A DNA stretch of 64,000 nucleotides from Octopus vulgaris (GCA_951406725.2 OX597820.1:8184001-8248000), one strand, 5' to 3'; numbered from the stretch's first letter, positions 12,280-25,886 are shown. Numbers and translations: made by a program. Notes: generated by a model from the sequence alone, not told the origin.

Positions 12280-15200
12280 GTTTGGAACGTTTTAAAAATA
12301 TTGCATGTTTTGAAAATATTTTTTTGTTTTCTGTCAATTTGATTCCTTAAGGTTTTCCCAAATTTGTTTCCAAATTCTCAGCAGAAGCAAGTCAGTGGCC
12401 ATGACCTTTGGAGGTCATCCTAGGTTAATGGAATTAGTGTTGTTGATGTTAAGTTTGAAAATAGCCTCAGTTTGCAGGTCAACTAACAAAGCCCAAACAC
12501 ATCGGTATCCATGTTTGACCTCAGGTCACATCATCATAAAGGATCTAGGGTGAAAGATCACCTCTTCAACAAAAATGTTCTGGCTGTGAACATCCCTTCC
12601 TTTTATTCAGACATTGTGTATCTGGGACTCCATTATCCAGTATGGCTTACATTTTTTTAAAGCAGTATGACGTGATTTGAAAATGGTTTGGCAGTTTTTT
12701 TCTAGTAGACTGAATGACCTGGCCGAAAGTCCATCAGTTGCTTGTATGTCTAGTATACAATTTATATATAGTCCATCAAATATATATATATATATACACA
12801 TAGAGGGAAACCACTATGTGGACAACCTTATGCTAGAAATAGATCTGCTATGGTCTTACCACTAAGAAATGTTCTCAAGAAAAATTTAGCAAAACAACCA
12901 AAACGTAATCGAGCAAGACAAAACCAACTTTTGGGCTACCCTCTGTGTATGTGTGTGTGTGTGCCTCCTGTTTGATGTCACATGATAGTTATAAACGAGT
13001 GTCACTATCATACAGTCTCCTTCACTTGCAATCTTCTGTGAAAAACATGTCTGGCCATGGGGAAGTGAGTGAGGGTTGGTGGCAGGAAAGGTACCCAGCT
13101 GTCGAAGGTCTATAACAGCAAATTATGTCTAACCCATGCAAGCATGGGAAACTATGTTAAAACGAGAATGATTATATAACCCTAACCCTAACCCATCATC
13201 ATCATCGTTTAACGTCCGCTTTCCATGCTAGCATGGGTTGGACGAATGACTGAGGGTCGGCGAACCAGATGGCAGCACCAGGCTCCAATCTTGATCTGGC
13301 AGAGTTTCTACAGCTGGATGCCCTTCCTAATGCCAACCACTCCATGAGTGTAGTGGGTGCTTTTTACGTGACACCGGCACGGGGCCTGTCAACCGGTACT
13401 GGCAACGACCTCGCTCGAATCTTTTACACATGCCACCGGCACAGGTGCCAGTAAGGCGATGCTGGTAATGATCACGCTCGAATGGTGTCTTTTACGTGCT
13501 ATTGCACGGAGGCCAGATAGCCACTCTGGCAACAATCACGCTCAAATGGTGCTCTTAATACCCTACTAGCACGGGGCACAAGTGCCAGTAAGGCGACGCT
13601 GGTAACGATCACGCTCGAATGGTGCCTCTTAAGTGCCACTGGCACTGAGGCCGGTTAGCCGCTCTGTCAACGATCACACTTGTATTTTTGCACCCTGCTA
13701 GCACGGACGCCAATCATCGAATTTGATTTTGATTTATACTGATTAGTGTATAGTCATTAAATATGTAATATAAAATGTCGAATTCTTTTATTTTTCACTT
13801 ATTTCAGTCATTTGACTGTGACCATGCTGGAGCTTGTAAGCCTAGTACTTATTTTATCAGTCTCTTGTGCCGAACTGCTAAGTTACGTGGGCATAAACAC
13901 ACCAACATCAGTTGTCAAGCGATGGTGGGGGGGGGGTGAAGACACATAAATACATACATATACCTGTTTCTTTACTGCCCACAAGGGGCTACACACAGGG
14001 AACGAACAGGGACAGACATAGGTATTAAGTCGATTACATCGACCCCAGTTCGTAACTGGTACTTAATTTATCGACCCCGAAAGAATGAAAGGCAAAGTCC
14101 CGCGTCGCCTTACTAGTACTCGTGCACCGCCAGAAAATGTTGCTGACAACCTACAGCAGAAATTGTATTCACCTCAATTGACATCATTGATTGGTTGAAA
14201 TTGCCAAAATGCAAGAAATTAAACAACAAATAGCTTACAAACTACAGAATTTTCTCAAGAAAGCCAAGAGAAAAAGATGTTTTATGTAACACATTCTACC
14301 AGTATACGAAGTTTAAAAGTGTTTAGTTACAAAGAAATTATTTTAAAAGTCTGCCGGTCAAAGTGAAAAGATCCTAGCCTAAGCTCAGGTTAGAAATCAA
14401 CAACACTAAAGCGGGGTAACTCTTTTGCCGAATACCAGAGTTATTTCCCTTACGTCTAATGATAGTTGAACTTTGATCGTTTCTTCTGTTTGCCATTCTA
14501 CATCCTTAATAACATCGTCCGTCATAATGAAATCTGGCGGAGTTGGTACAGCAGTGGTCTAAATATATTATGTAATATTACGTTATGACCTGAGTTCCAT
14601 TCCTGCCAGGGTCAATGTTGTCTTTCACACTTTTTTGGGGTGGGAACCATTAAATGGAGACTCGATAAATTTCTGGCGGGTCCTACTTGAGAACAGTGGT
14701 CCCGGCGCGCGCATCCGCTCCAGCTAGTCATGACTAGTCGATCCTTACTTTGTGTTTTTGTATTTTATTTACTTTGTTTAACAAAAATTATTTATTTTGT
14801 GTTTTATTTACTTTGCTAGGTAGTCGTAGGATCGACTACTTACGACTAACTTGCGCGTGTGCGCGCACCGGGACCACTGTTCGCTAGTAGTACATTTCTG
14901 GGGTCTCTTTATATCATTGTGTTCTGGACCCCTAATTTCTGGCTTTATGTGTGTAAAATCGGTAGAGCATCGGAGAAAACCTTTCATGGTGTTTGTCCCT
15001 TTCCCATTCTAGCTTTTTAAATCCTGCCGAGATTGGCTTCATTTTTCATCCACCCATCATCAACTCCATCTCATCAGAGAATTATACCCTGTGAACCAAT
15101 GAGACAACCTCAACACCAGCAATATTTTAATATTTTGATATTAAGGTACCCCAAGACAGCGAGTTGGCAGAATTGTTAGCATGGCGGGTGAAATGCTTAA

Positions 15201-18200
15201 CGGTATTTCGTCTGCCATTATGTTCTGAGTTCAAATTCCGCCAAGGTCGACTTTGCCTTTCATCCTTTCGGGGACGATAAATTAAGTACCAGTTACGCAT
15301 TTGTTTGTCCCCTCAATGTTTAGTACCCTGTGGGCAATAAAGAAATTAATATTATGGTGCCCCAACAAAAAGATACGAAAACTGTGAACAGACACTCTCA
15401 GCTTTTTTATAAGGTTTATTCTGTATCTCCATCATCATTTAACATCCACTTTTCCTTGCTTGTATGGGTCAGATGGAACTCATTGAGGCAGATTTTCTAC
15501 AAGGGACACTGCTTCTATGATGAGGACACTCATTTACAACTGTTGCATGATGTCAACCTAAGAAGACACACACACACATGTATTGGGTTCTGCTGTCGCA
15601 CACACACACAACAGGCTTATCTCAGTTTTTGTTAACAGGGTCCATGCAGAAGGCTTTGATCAGTCCAAGGCTATAGTAGAATTCCATTTCCCCAAGACTG
15701 GCTTCCATGCTGGTGGCATGTAAAAAGCACCAACTGATTGTGGCCGTTGCCAGCCTCCCCTGGCACCTGTGCTAGTGGCACATAAAAAGTACCATCTGTA
15801 CATAGCCGATACCAGCGCCACCTTGACTGGCTTCCATGCCAGTGGCACGTGAAAGACACCAACTGATCGTGGCCGTTGCCAGCCTCCCTGGCACCTGTGC
15901 TAGTGGCACATAAAAAGTACCATCTGTACATAGCCGATACCAGCGCCACCTTGACTGGCTTCCATGCCAGTGGCACGTGAAAGACACCAACTGATCGTGG
16001 CCGTTGCCAGCCTCCCCTGGCACCTGTGCTAGTGGCACATAAAAAGTACCATCTGTACATAGCCAATACCAGCGCCACCTTGACTGGCTTCCATGCCAGT
16101 GGCACGTAAAAGACACCAACTGATCGTGGCCGTTGCCAGCCTCCCCTGGCACCTGTGCTAGTGGCACATAAAAAGTACCATCTGTACATAGCCGATACCA
16201 GCGCCACCTTGACTGGCTTCCATGCCAGTGGCACGTGAAAGACACCAACTGATCGTGGCCGTTGCCAGCCTCCCCTGGCACCTGTGCTAGTGGCACATAA
16301 AAAGTACCATCTGTACATAGCCGATACCAGCGCCACCTTGACTGGCTTCCATGCCAGTGGCACGTGAAAGACACCAACTGATCGTGGCCGTTGCCAGCCT
16401 CCCCTGGCACCTGTGCTAGTGGCACATAAAAAGTACCATCTGTACATAGCCGATACCAGCGCCACCTTGACTAGCTTCCATGCCAGTGGCACGTGAAAGA
16501 CACCAACTGATCGTGGCCGTTGCCAGCCTCCCCTGGCACCTGTGCTAGTGGCACATAAAAAGTACCATCTGTACATAGCCAATACCAGCGCCACCTTGAC
16601 TGGCTTCCATGCCAGTGGCACGTGAAAGACACCAACTGATCGTGGCCGTTGCCAGCCTCCCTGGCACCTGTGCTAGTGGCACATAAAAAGTACCATCTGT
16701 ACATAGCCGATACCAGCGCCACCTTGACTGGCTTCCATGCCAGTGGCACGTGAAAGACACCAACTGATCGTGGCCGTTGCCAGCGTCCCCTGTCACCTGT
16801 GCCGGTGTCACTTAAAAAGGACCCACTACACTCATGGAGTAGTTGGCATTAGGAAGGGCATCCAGCTGTAGAAACACTGCCAGATCAGACTGGAGCCTGG
16901 TGCAGCCTCCTGGCTTCCCAGACCCCAGTCGAACCATCCAACCCATGCTAGCATGGAAAACAGACGTTAAACGATGATGATGATGATGATGACAGTCTGC
17001 AGGATTGAACCCAAACCGATGTTGTTGGAAGGTGCACACACAGTGGACTACACATGCACTGGTTTAGGACATTTAAAAATCACTGAAGTTTCTTTTTAAG
17101 ATATGCAGACACTTCTTCAACCCATTTCAAATAACGCATTTGAAGATCATAGGAGGACACAGGCTGCTGTACAGGGTTGCTCAACCTACTAAAATGCAGC
17201 AACAATACACATATGATTGATGATAGATCGTTGGCCACTACACACATTTTTTTCTCTCCTTGTTTATTCTGTGTCCCTTTCTGTAGAAGAGCTTAGGCTC
17301 GAAACATAAAAGACTTTTTCTATCCCTGAGCGTTATACTAATACATCTGTTTGTTTTGTACACCACCTGTCTTCGTCTATTGTTTTTTTCGTAAACTCTC
17401 CCTATATATATATATATATATATATATGATATTTGTGTATGTATGTAAACTAAAATATCGTACTGACTATTTTGAAATTGCTCTGTCATCATCATCATCT
17501 TCATCATATCTTGTGTCTCACTGCCTCCCTATACAGGATGCCAAGTTATCTTAGACTTAGATGCCACAAAGTTACACCAAGACATTGAGCTCAAGAATGA
17601 GGCCTTTGAAAGAATCATTTTCAACTTCCCTCACGTTGGCGGCAAATCAAACAACAAAAAGAACCGAGCGCTTTTGAGGAATTTCTTTAAAAGGTCAGAA
17701 AAATAAGTTTTTCTTTTTTACATAATTTTCTGTTGTATATACTGCTAGTAAAACTAGCAGTATCGCCCGGTGTTGCTCGGGTTTGTAAGGGAAATAACTA
17801 TATAAGCATTTTTAGAGAGTTATAGCCAAAAAAATGCATTAAAAATGATAGTAAATTTTTTTTTAAATCGTTGACTCATCGTAGACATTTTTAGAGAGTT
17901 ACTTCCCTTATATAATAGCGAAAAAATGCATTAAAATGGAAAAAAATTATGGTAAATTTTTTTAAATCGTAGACTCATCGTAGACGCGCGCTAATACCCA
18001 GAAGGGCTCGATATGAATCACGACTATAAGATACCCGGTTTTGGTTAAACTGCACCACAAAATGTGAGAGTAGTTAGGAATCTAAATCATAGGAGACAGA
18101 CACACAACTTCACTTTTGTATATAAAGATTTCCAGGCATCATTGGCTACAGGCTAGCAATGGGACCATTCAGTGGTTTACAATATTTCTTACATTGGTGG

Positions 18201-21200
18201 CCGTGCCAGCACCACCTTGACTGGCTTCCGTGTCGGTGGCACGTAAAACCACCAACTGATCGTGACCGTTGCCAGCCTCCTCTAGCACCTGTGCCGGTGG
18301 CACGTAAAAAGCACCATCCATATGTGGTTGATGCCAGTGCCACCATGACTGGCTTCCATGCCGGTGGCACGTAAAAAGCACCAACCGATCGTGGCCGTTG
18401 CCAGCCTTCTCTGGCACCTGTGCCGGTGGCACGTAAAAAGCACCCACTACACTCACAGAGTGGTTGGCGTTAGGAAGGGCATCAGCTGTAGAAACACTGC
18501 CAGATCAGACTGGTGCCTGGTGCAGCCTCCTGGCTTCCCAGACCCCGGTCGAACCGTCCAACCACTCTGTGAGTGTAGTGGGTGCTTTTTATGTGCCACC
18601 GGCACGGGGGCCAGAGGAGACTGGCAAATGCCCACGATCAGTTGGTGCTTTTACGTGTCACCAGCACGGGTGTCTTAACTACTATTTCCGTTCAATTAGG
18701 AAATGCCTGGGAGAAGGAATGTCTTCCTAATAGGGGCCCAACAGAGGGGACAGTGTAGGTAGAAGTTGGGACAGGTGGTTACAGGCAAATCTTTAAGAGC
18801 AGAGTTTGTTATAGAAAGGTCATCATGTTGAAACAAAAACCTAAATTAATCTCATCCAAACTCTCAGCCTCCAGCCTGTTCTCATCACTAAATTGGGTCT
18901 CTCTCAAAGTTATTTTCCATTCTGTGTCCCAGTATTCCTAGATATAAATAGGAATTATAAGGGGGGTACATCTCACCAGGGAGAGCTGTGCAATAATTAA
19001 TGATTAATGATTGATAAGGCAGCGAGCTGGCAGAAACGTTAGCACAGCGGGCAAAATGCATAGCCATATTTTGTCTGTCGTTACGTTATGAGTTCAAATC
19101 CGCCAAGTTCAACTTTGCCTTTCATCCTTTCGGGGTCGATTAAATAAGTACCAGTCACGCACTGGGGTCGATATAATCGACTTAATACCCTTGTCTATCC
19201 TTGTTTGTCCCCTATATGTTTAGCCCCTTGTGGGTAGTAAAGAAATAGGTAATTGAGTTTATGATGGTTGTGTGGTGGTTGTAGTAGTGTTATGATTACA
19301 GTATAGTCTCCATTGTGTTGGTGGTTGTGTGGTGGTAGTAATATTATTTGGTGTTGTCATGGTGATCATTGTACAGTGATGTTGTGGTGGTCATGTCACT
19401 TTCTGTATTTCTATTTCTCTAGTGCTTCGTCCATTTTGTCTCCATCTGGTGAAATCATGGTGACCCTGGCAAAGGGTCAAGGTGGAACCCCTGTCGACAG
19501 TGTCCAGAGACTCTGGCCTGACACCTGGCAAGTTGTGTCCATGGCAGCAGACTCCAGCCTAATTCTTACCAAAGTACTTCCATTCCAAGCAGATCTTTAC
19601 TCAGAATATTCCTGCACAGGCTTCAGGTTTGTCGACTCAGTTTTAACCTAAGAACCTGATCCTCACAAACAAGTTAATAAATAATGAGGGGCGGCAATAT
19701 CCAGCATCGGAATAGACTGATCCACCCCTATCAGCAAAACAGAAATGTTAAAAGGGTGGTGGTGGTGAAGGGAGCTGAGATGGATAATGTCTTCATTTGG
19801 GTCTTACACTTATTGGGTTCCTGTTAGTCCATTTCCATTCTATCACCATGGATATTGGATGAATTTAAGCCTTCAATTCCCATCCCTTTTATGTAATGAA
19901 CAACAACACTGGACCTGTCCCTAACCCCTTTTCCCTTGACATCTGTGAAATGAAAGTTATTGGCATTAGGAAGGGCATCCAGCTGTAGAAACTTTGCCAG
20001 ATCAAGATTGGGGCCTGGTTCAGCCATCTGGCTCACCAGCCCTCAGTCAAAATCGTCCAACCCATGCTAGCATGGAAAGCGGACGTTAAACGATGATGAT
20101 GATGATTGTAAGACCTGTTCGTGTCCTCTCCCTTCACCCATGCCCATCGTTAGCCATCCCTTCTCTCTCTCTCTCTCTCTCTTAAGGGAGGTATTTCTCA
20201 CGAACCCTTCAGTACAACCCCTTTCTACTCCCTGAGTCACCCCCACCAATTCCCTAAAACCCTAAAATCCATTAACTTTCTCTGTTGTTGTTATTACAGA
20301 AGTCAAGACAAGGGTTTCTCAACAGCTGGAGGCCTCACTCATGTTTTCCAGCTTCAGGAATCGGTCAGTGTCCCTCACACTCTTCAACTCAAACCTCTCC
20401 CCTTCCTCAAGGGGACACTCAACACTCCACCTTACCTTTACTCAAAACTTCACAACTACAAGTAAGTCACACTTGATATTGGTTTGTTTTTGTATTTCAT
20501 TGATTTCACCCAAGGATATTACTGGTACATATCGAGACAATGTGGAACCTTTTCCTGATTGTTTGGTCGGCTAGAAATAGCAGCAAATCTACCTCAAATC
20601 ACACCTTACTGTCTTTATATGAAAGACACATTGGCCAATGTAGCTCTAGACTTATAAAGATAAGGTGGTCATGCCTGGAACGTTTTAATCGCTGGTCTGC
20701 TGGACTGGGAAGGACTTGGGGTTAAACATAACTGAGAAATGTGGAGGATATTCAAGGGCAGGACTGAAATGTGGCAAGCATGCCCAGCTGGGTGTCTGAG
20801 TACATTAGAGTATAAGTTGGTGTGAGGGGAAAACTGAACATTAGAAATAATATCTCTATATGATTTATAAGTGGACACAGGGGTCTGAGGATTGCCAAAG
20901 AAATACTTGTTGAATGACTGGCCTCTGTGACAATGGCACATAAAAGGCACCAACCGATCGTGGTCGTTTACAGCCTCGCCTGGCACGTAAAAAGCACCCA
21001 CTACATGCACGGAGTGGTTGGCATTAGGAAGGGCATCCAGCTGTGGAAACACTGCCAGATCAGACTGGAGCCTGGTGCAGCCTCCTGGCTTCCCAGACGA
21101 ACCGTCCAACCCATGCTAGCATGGAAAACGGACGACAATGATGATGATTCAACAATACATACAAAGCCTGAAATTTTGAGGTGTTGGGGCCTTGTCAATT

Positions 21201-23398
21201 ACATCGACCCTCAGCACTCAACTGGTACTTATTCATTGACCCCCCAAAGGATGAAAGGCAAAGTGAACCTCAGCAGTATTTGAACTCAAAGTGTAAAGAT
21301 GGTGATGAGGAAGAGGTGGAATGCAGCATCAGTGGTGAAGACGATGATGATGATTTTCTTTTTTTTTTTTTTTTTCTAAATTTTATATTTTTTTTAATAT
21401 CAGTAAGTTGACAGAATCATTGGTGTTTGGGATCTTTGCATTCTGTGTTCAGATCCTGCTAAGTTCAGCTTTATCTTTCATCCCTCTAGGGCCAGTAAAA
21501 AAGTACTTTCCAAAAGCTGGAGTTGTTGACATCCCAAATTACTGGCCTTAAACCTAAATTTTCGAAAATATTTTATTTCTCCAAAAGTTTTTAATTTAAT
21601 TTCCTCTACTCTAATAATCTCGTTCGTTATTACATTTCTTTGTTCCTTTTTAACGAAGTCAATAAAGGCTTCACTAATGACATTGTTCATCTAATTTTTT
21701 TACAAGAATATTTCTTTATCAAAATATAAACAATTTTTCTAAAACTTGTTTTGTGTGGTAAGCAGCTTGCTTACAAACCACATGGTTCCGGGTTCAGTCT
21801 CACTGCGTGGCACCTTGGGCAAGTGTCTTCTACTATAGCCTATAGTGAGTGGATTTGGTAGACGGAAACTGAAAGAAGCCTGTCATATATATGTGTGTGT
21901 GTGTACATGTTTGTGTCTCTGTGTTCGTCCCTCCAACATCGCTTGACAACCGATGCTGGTGTGTGTGTTTACGTCCCCGTAACTTAGCGGTTCGGCAAAA
22001 GAGGCCGATGGAATAAGTACTAGGATTATAAAGAATAAGTTCTGGGGTCAATTTGCTCAACTAAAAGGCGGTGCTCCAGCATGGCCACAGTCAAATAACT
22101 AAAACAAATAAAAAGAGTAAAGAGTATTTTATCAAAAATCTATATAATCCAACACTTGTTTTAACTAAAACCTGTTTTATCTGTACAACTGTATAATTTT
22201 CCTGTTCTGTTACCATGGTTCTCTTTTAATATTTTTTCCTCCAAACATTTTGTAGTTTCTTAAATATCTGATTTTTCCTTTTCTTTGCAGACAAATCATG
22301 AACCAATCCAGCTGTCATCCTCTAAAAACTATTTTATCCGAGTTAAAACTAGCCTTTTCCAATCTGCACTCTTGTAAAACTGTTCCGGAATCTTCTCAAG
22401 ACTTTATCATTCACCATCAATGCAATTCATCATTATTGGCACCAAACTTTCTCACAGAACCCCAGGGAGGTACCAGTGTCGGCCATTCATCCTTTGTATA
22501 TCACTTAACGAAAGAACCAACGGGGTTTATAGTTGACCAAAGCAGTGGTCAGTGTTCTGTGACCGAATATCACCTGAGAACGTCTCTGTTGGAGAATCTA
22601 CCCGACTTACTTACAACTGAAGATGTGGGCATTGACCAACTGCTCCTTCTACAAGGTTTGGTATTTAAGAAGGGCCATATTTTGGATAACTATGTCCCTG
22701 TATCACTTGAGTTGCTGGGAATCCTGCCACTAGAGAAAGACACACTGTCGGAAACTAAAAGATTCTTTGACCTCATTTCAAAAATTTTGGAGCAAATTGG
22801 TGTCAGTGTTTCAAGCCATTATCCGAAAAATCCACAACTTGTTGAATCTGGAACCATTTCGGTCGCATGTGTTTTGCAGATGTTTCATTGTCGTGATGAC
22901 ACAAAAAGAAATTTAGGTACAATTTGGAAAGTAAATTCTAAAAATGTTAAAGAACAACAGCAAACATTTCTGGCATTTCTCTTGGATATTCCAACCATTT
23001 CCCGACTTAGCTTTTCTGTAGAACACGATTATCTCCTCTGGGAACCAGATTTTGTTAAATACTTCAGCAAACTTTCCATAATGAGCCCTAGCAATAAGTT
23101 GGTCCCTTTGACTTTTTGTCCCCTTCAGTTTAATCATGACATGAGTTTCTGGGAAAACCCTGATGTTTCTTTTGATGAACTTTTCTTTCACAACATTATC
23201 AGGGATGTCGCTGGGGACTGTGTGAGAAATGTAACCCTTATCGACACTTACCAAGAACCAGATACTCACAGAATCAGCCGCTGCTACCGTTTCACTTTTC
23301 AATCATGGCACCAATGTCTTTCATATGATATCTCTTGGAAACTCCAAAGTTTTCTCCGTATAGAAATTGCTCATCAAATGGCCATCATGCTTCGGTGA
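12096..23398 (+). CDS. FDXACB1: Ferredoxin-fold anticodon-binding domain-containing protein 1 (whole gene; join 12096-12279,17537-17693,19423-19626,20300-20461,22291-23398; ~604 aa)
   Basis: Five exons join in frame (184+157+204+162+1108 = 1815 nt) with GT-AG sites. N-terminal Bmt5/DUF2431-type motifs LLVGDGDFSF, DATKL, IIFNFPHVGGK, VTLAKGQGGTP, YSCTGFRSQDK. C-terminal FDX-ACB-like motif HDMSFW...LIDTY...SRCYRFTFQS. Confidence 0.93.
14679..14894. mobile_element. Second copy of the GGTAC-terminus MITE
   Basis: Long TIRs; TSD tttctggcg / tttctgggg (8/9 match). Confidence 0.75.
15696..16815 (+). repeat. Minisatellite of ~8.7 copies of a 128-129 bp unit, expanded within an RTE 3' UTR
   Basis: Anchors at 15696, 15825, 15953, 16082, 16211, 16340, 16469, 16598, 16726; continues into the RTE tail at 16815-16992. 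Confidence 0.93.
17277..17312 (+). ncRNA. Minimal hammerhead motif (CUGUAGA family) in a solo copy (~17220-17405), FDXACB1 intron
   Basis: cttt-CTGTAGA-a-gagc-ttag-gctc-GAAA-ca-TA-aaag; stem III is mutated (CG>CA). Confidence 0.5.
17537..17693 (+). CDS. FDXACB1: FDXACB1 coding exon 2 (CQVILDLDATKL...RIIFNFPHVGGKSNNKKNRALLRNFFK)
   Basis: AG at 17535-36 and GT at 17694-95; frame continuous with exons 1 and 3; missed by the ORF track. Confidence 0.92.
17754..18128 (-). mobile_element. Non-autonomous Helitron
   Basis: On -: A|TC 5' end; 3' hairpin cccg-agcaacac-cggg followed by CTAG|T; no TSD. Confidence 0.72.
19423..19626 (+). CDS. FDXACB1: FDXACB1 coding exon 3 (ASSILSPSGEIMVTLAKGQGGTP...YSCTGF)
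   Basis: Polypyrimidine tract plus AG at 19421-22; GT at 19627. Confidence 0.92.
20300..20461 (+). CDS. FDXACB1: FDXACB1 coding exon 4 (SQDKGFSTAGGLTHVF...KLHNY)
   Basis: AG at 20298-99 and GTAAGT at 20462; completes the RSQDK motif; phases match both neighbours. Confidence 0.88.
22291..23398 (+). CDS. FDXACB1: FDXACB1 terminal coding exon 5 (PheRS-like middle region plus FDX-ACB domain)
   Basis: tttgcag acceptor ends 22290; long open frame to TGA at 23398; SCHPLKTI motif and C-terminal ferredoxin-fold ACB-like sequence. Confidence 0.93.
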
Positions 23399-24911
23399 TT
23401 CCTCAAAACTAAATCAAAAATATTCTTAAAATCCTTTCCCCCACATCAAAAAAATTCTTCAATTTTTCTTTTTAATAATGCTTTCTTCAACTCAATACAA
23501 GGAGGAAATGGCAGTGGCACAGTGGTGGTGGCACCTTGGCCGTAGTGGTGTGTTAAACTGTGCCTCAATACCTTGAAATCCTTTCCATTAGTGATGTGAA
23601 TAAATATCAGGTGTTTGGGAAATGTCACCTGAGATAGACTGCTGCCCTCTTCAGGAGTCATAACACCATCTCTACTGAAGTGAGGATCAGCTGATCGACT
23701 AGAAATAACCTGGATTTGAACCTGTGGTCTATCAAGAATGTTTTGAAAAAATTTGCTGATTTCCAAGGGAGACAACAAAGTCATCAGTAAAGGTAAGTAA
23801 CCAGAATTATTTCCCTTGCATTAACTCAGAGCAAACAGTTATTACATACAAACTTGAAACACCACGTGTGTATATTTATTTATATATAGTCGTTTTAATG
23901 TTCACTTTTCTACGGGTCAGATAGAATTTATGGAGAGACAGGCTTTCCTACAGTTGAATGTTCTTCCTGTTGCCAACACTCAACTGTTTTAAAAAGACGT
24001 CATTTATTTCCAATATTCTAAGTGACGCTCGTTTACAGCTGTCACACGATACAAAGAAAAAAGAGACAAACATACAAACACACACATTCATGGTGTGTTT
24101 AGGTCGTTGCCAGTGCCGCTGGACTGGCTCCTGTGCAGGTGGCACACACCATTTGAGCGTGGCCATTGCCAGTACCGCCTGGCTAGCCCTCGTGCTGGTG
24201 GCATGTAAAAGCACCCACTACACTCTCGGAGTGGTTGGCGTTAGGAAGGACATCCAGCTGTAGAAACTCTGCCAGATCAGATTGGAACCTGGTGCAGCCA
24301 TCTGGTTTGCCAGTCCTCAGTCAAAATCGTCCAACCCATGCCAGCATGGAAAGCGGACGTTAAACGATGAACAAAATCCACTCACAGGACTTTGGTTTGC
24401 CTGGGGCTATAAAAGACCTTGCCCAGAGTGCCACACAATGGTACTGAACCCATGTGGTCCTTTTACCTGCTAGTAATGGCAAAGTTCCTCCAAATCTCTC
24501 CTTAGAAGCACAACAAATTATAAACCTAGTCCTACACTTATACCTAAAATGAGGTGGTGGGTGTCACATCTGGAATGTGTTAGATCATGACTGACCTGGG
24601 GCTAAATAAAACAGATGGAACTGTGGCCAGAGTCTAATGAAGAAAGTCTCTCTATAGAGTCTGGCTGCAAGAAATAGCATCCAAGTCTCCCTCAACTCTC
24701 CACTGTGTTGGGCAGAGAGAGGCAGATGGGACAGTGTAGACCTAGGCAGGATAGTCATGGTTGGCACGGCTTCAATCAGAAGTCTTCTTGGTCACGACTG
24801 GGCATCAACAGGGAGAAATATTAGTTTAATTTCAAAAAGGATTTTTTTTTCTTTTTTTGAAAATTAAAAAAAAAAATAAGACAAAAAACAAGTACAACGA
24901 AAATAAATAAA

Positions 24912-24917
24912 TTTATT
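24912..24917 (-). promoter_or_regulatory. Candidate polyadenylation signal of the tetraspanin transcript
   Basis: AATAAA on - followed by a T-rich tract; other candidate signals exist. Confidence 0.35.
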
Positions 24918-25257
24918 GAATTTATATTGATTCATAGTTAAAACTGAGAAATAAAAATAACAAAAAAAAATGATTGGTAAATGAAACAATAATGAAATTA
25001 AGGGGCTAACAGTGAAATAAGGGTTAAAGAGGACTAATTATAGGAGCTGTGTGAACAAGGGTTAACAATGATAGAAGCATTTAAATAAGGGTTAAGTAAT
25101 TGCTTCCTTAATGCTGCTGATGTGGTTTTGAGTTCAAATCTGTCTGCATGGCATTAAGAGCAAGGGTCCTCTGCTCTAACCATGGATTTCCTAATACCAC
25201 ATGTGAGTGAATTTGGGAGACAGAAACTGTGGAAGCTTGTTTTGTGTGTGGGTGTGT

Positions 25258-25288
<31 letters not shown>

Positions 25289-25490
25289 CACAAACAAACA
25301 TACTTTTCTTTGCTGAATTCAGATTTAACAGAATTTCAAATATTTTCTTTGGTATTTCATGAAGAACTATTTTTTGTGTCAAAGTTATTGATTGTTTTTT
25401 TTCCATAAAGGGTTTATGTTGCATGCTTAATATGGGGCCATCAATTATTTCTAAGTTTAAAAATATAGACTCAAAAACAGAAGTGGATGG

Positions 25491-25524
<34 letters not shown>

Positions 25525-25693
25525 GAATTCTACAACTAAAAGTTGAATGACAGGTGTAGAACACAGAGAGCAAAACAATAAATTCATTGAAATAAAACAA
25601 ATATTTAACATAGGTTAACGACTAATTCTTAATATACACCTTATTTACATTATTTACATTTGGTGGATATTTTTCCTCATTTTGTTTGTTGTT

Positions 25694-25739
25694 AACACAA
25701 CGTTTCAGCTGATATACTCTCCAGCCTTCTTCAGGTGTT
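25694..25739 (-). ncRNA. Minimal type-I hammerhead ribozyme, canonical core (mirror copy)
   Basis: On -: aacac-CTGAAGA-a-ggctg-gagagtatat-cagct-GAAA-cg-TT-gtgtt. Confidence 0.7.
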
Positions 25740-25886
25740 TTGGGGAAATTTCGAACCTGGGTTTTCATTCCCAAGGTATTTTTTGATGTTATTATTATTG
25801 AGGTCAGTGCTTGGAATCAAACTCGGAATCTTAATAACATCGGAAAATACCTTAGGAATGAGAACCCAGGTTCGAAATTTCCCCAA

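Noticed and set aside
12700-12740. CTGAATGA...GAAA as another hammerhead
   Set aside because: No convincing stems I-III; it lies in an old degenerate repeat.
13177-13194. Telomeric (CCCTAA)n
   Set aside because: Only about three units; too short to call an interstitial telomere.
15671-16621. 316-aa repetitive ORF; a CRISPR-like or repeat-protein interpretation
   Set aside because: It arises from a 129-bp (multiple of 3) minisatellite in a LINE 3' UTR. There are no unique spacers and no cas genes.
22913-23302. 129-aa antisense ORF
   Set aside because: A shadow ORF of FDXACB1 exon 5 with no recognisable domain.
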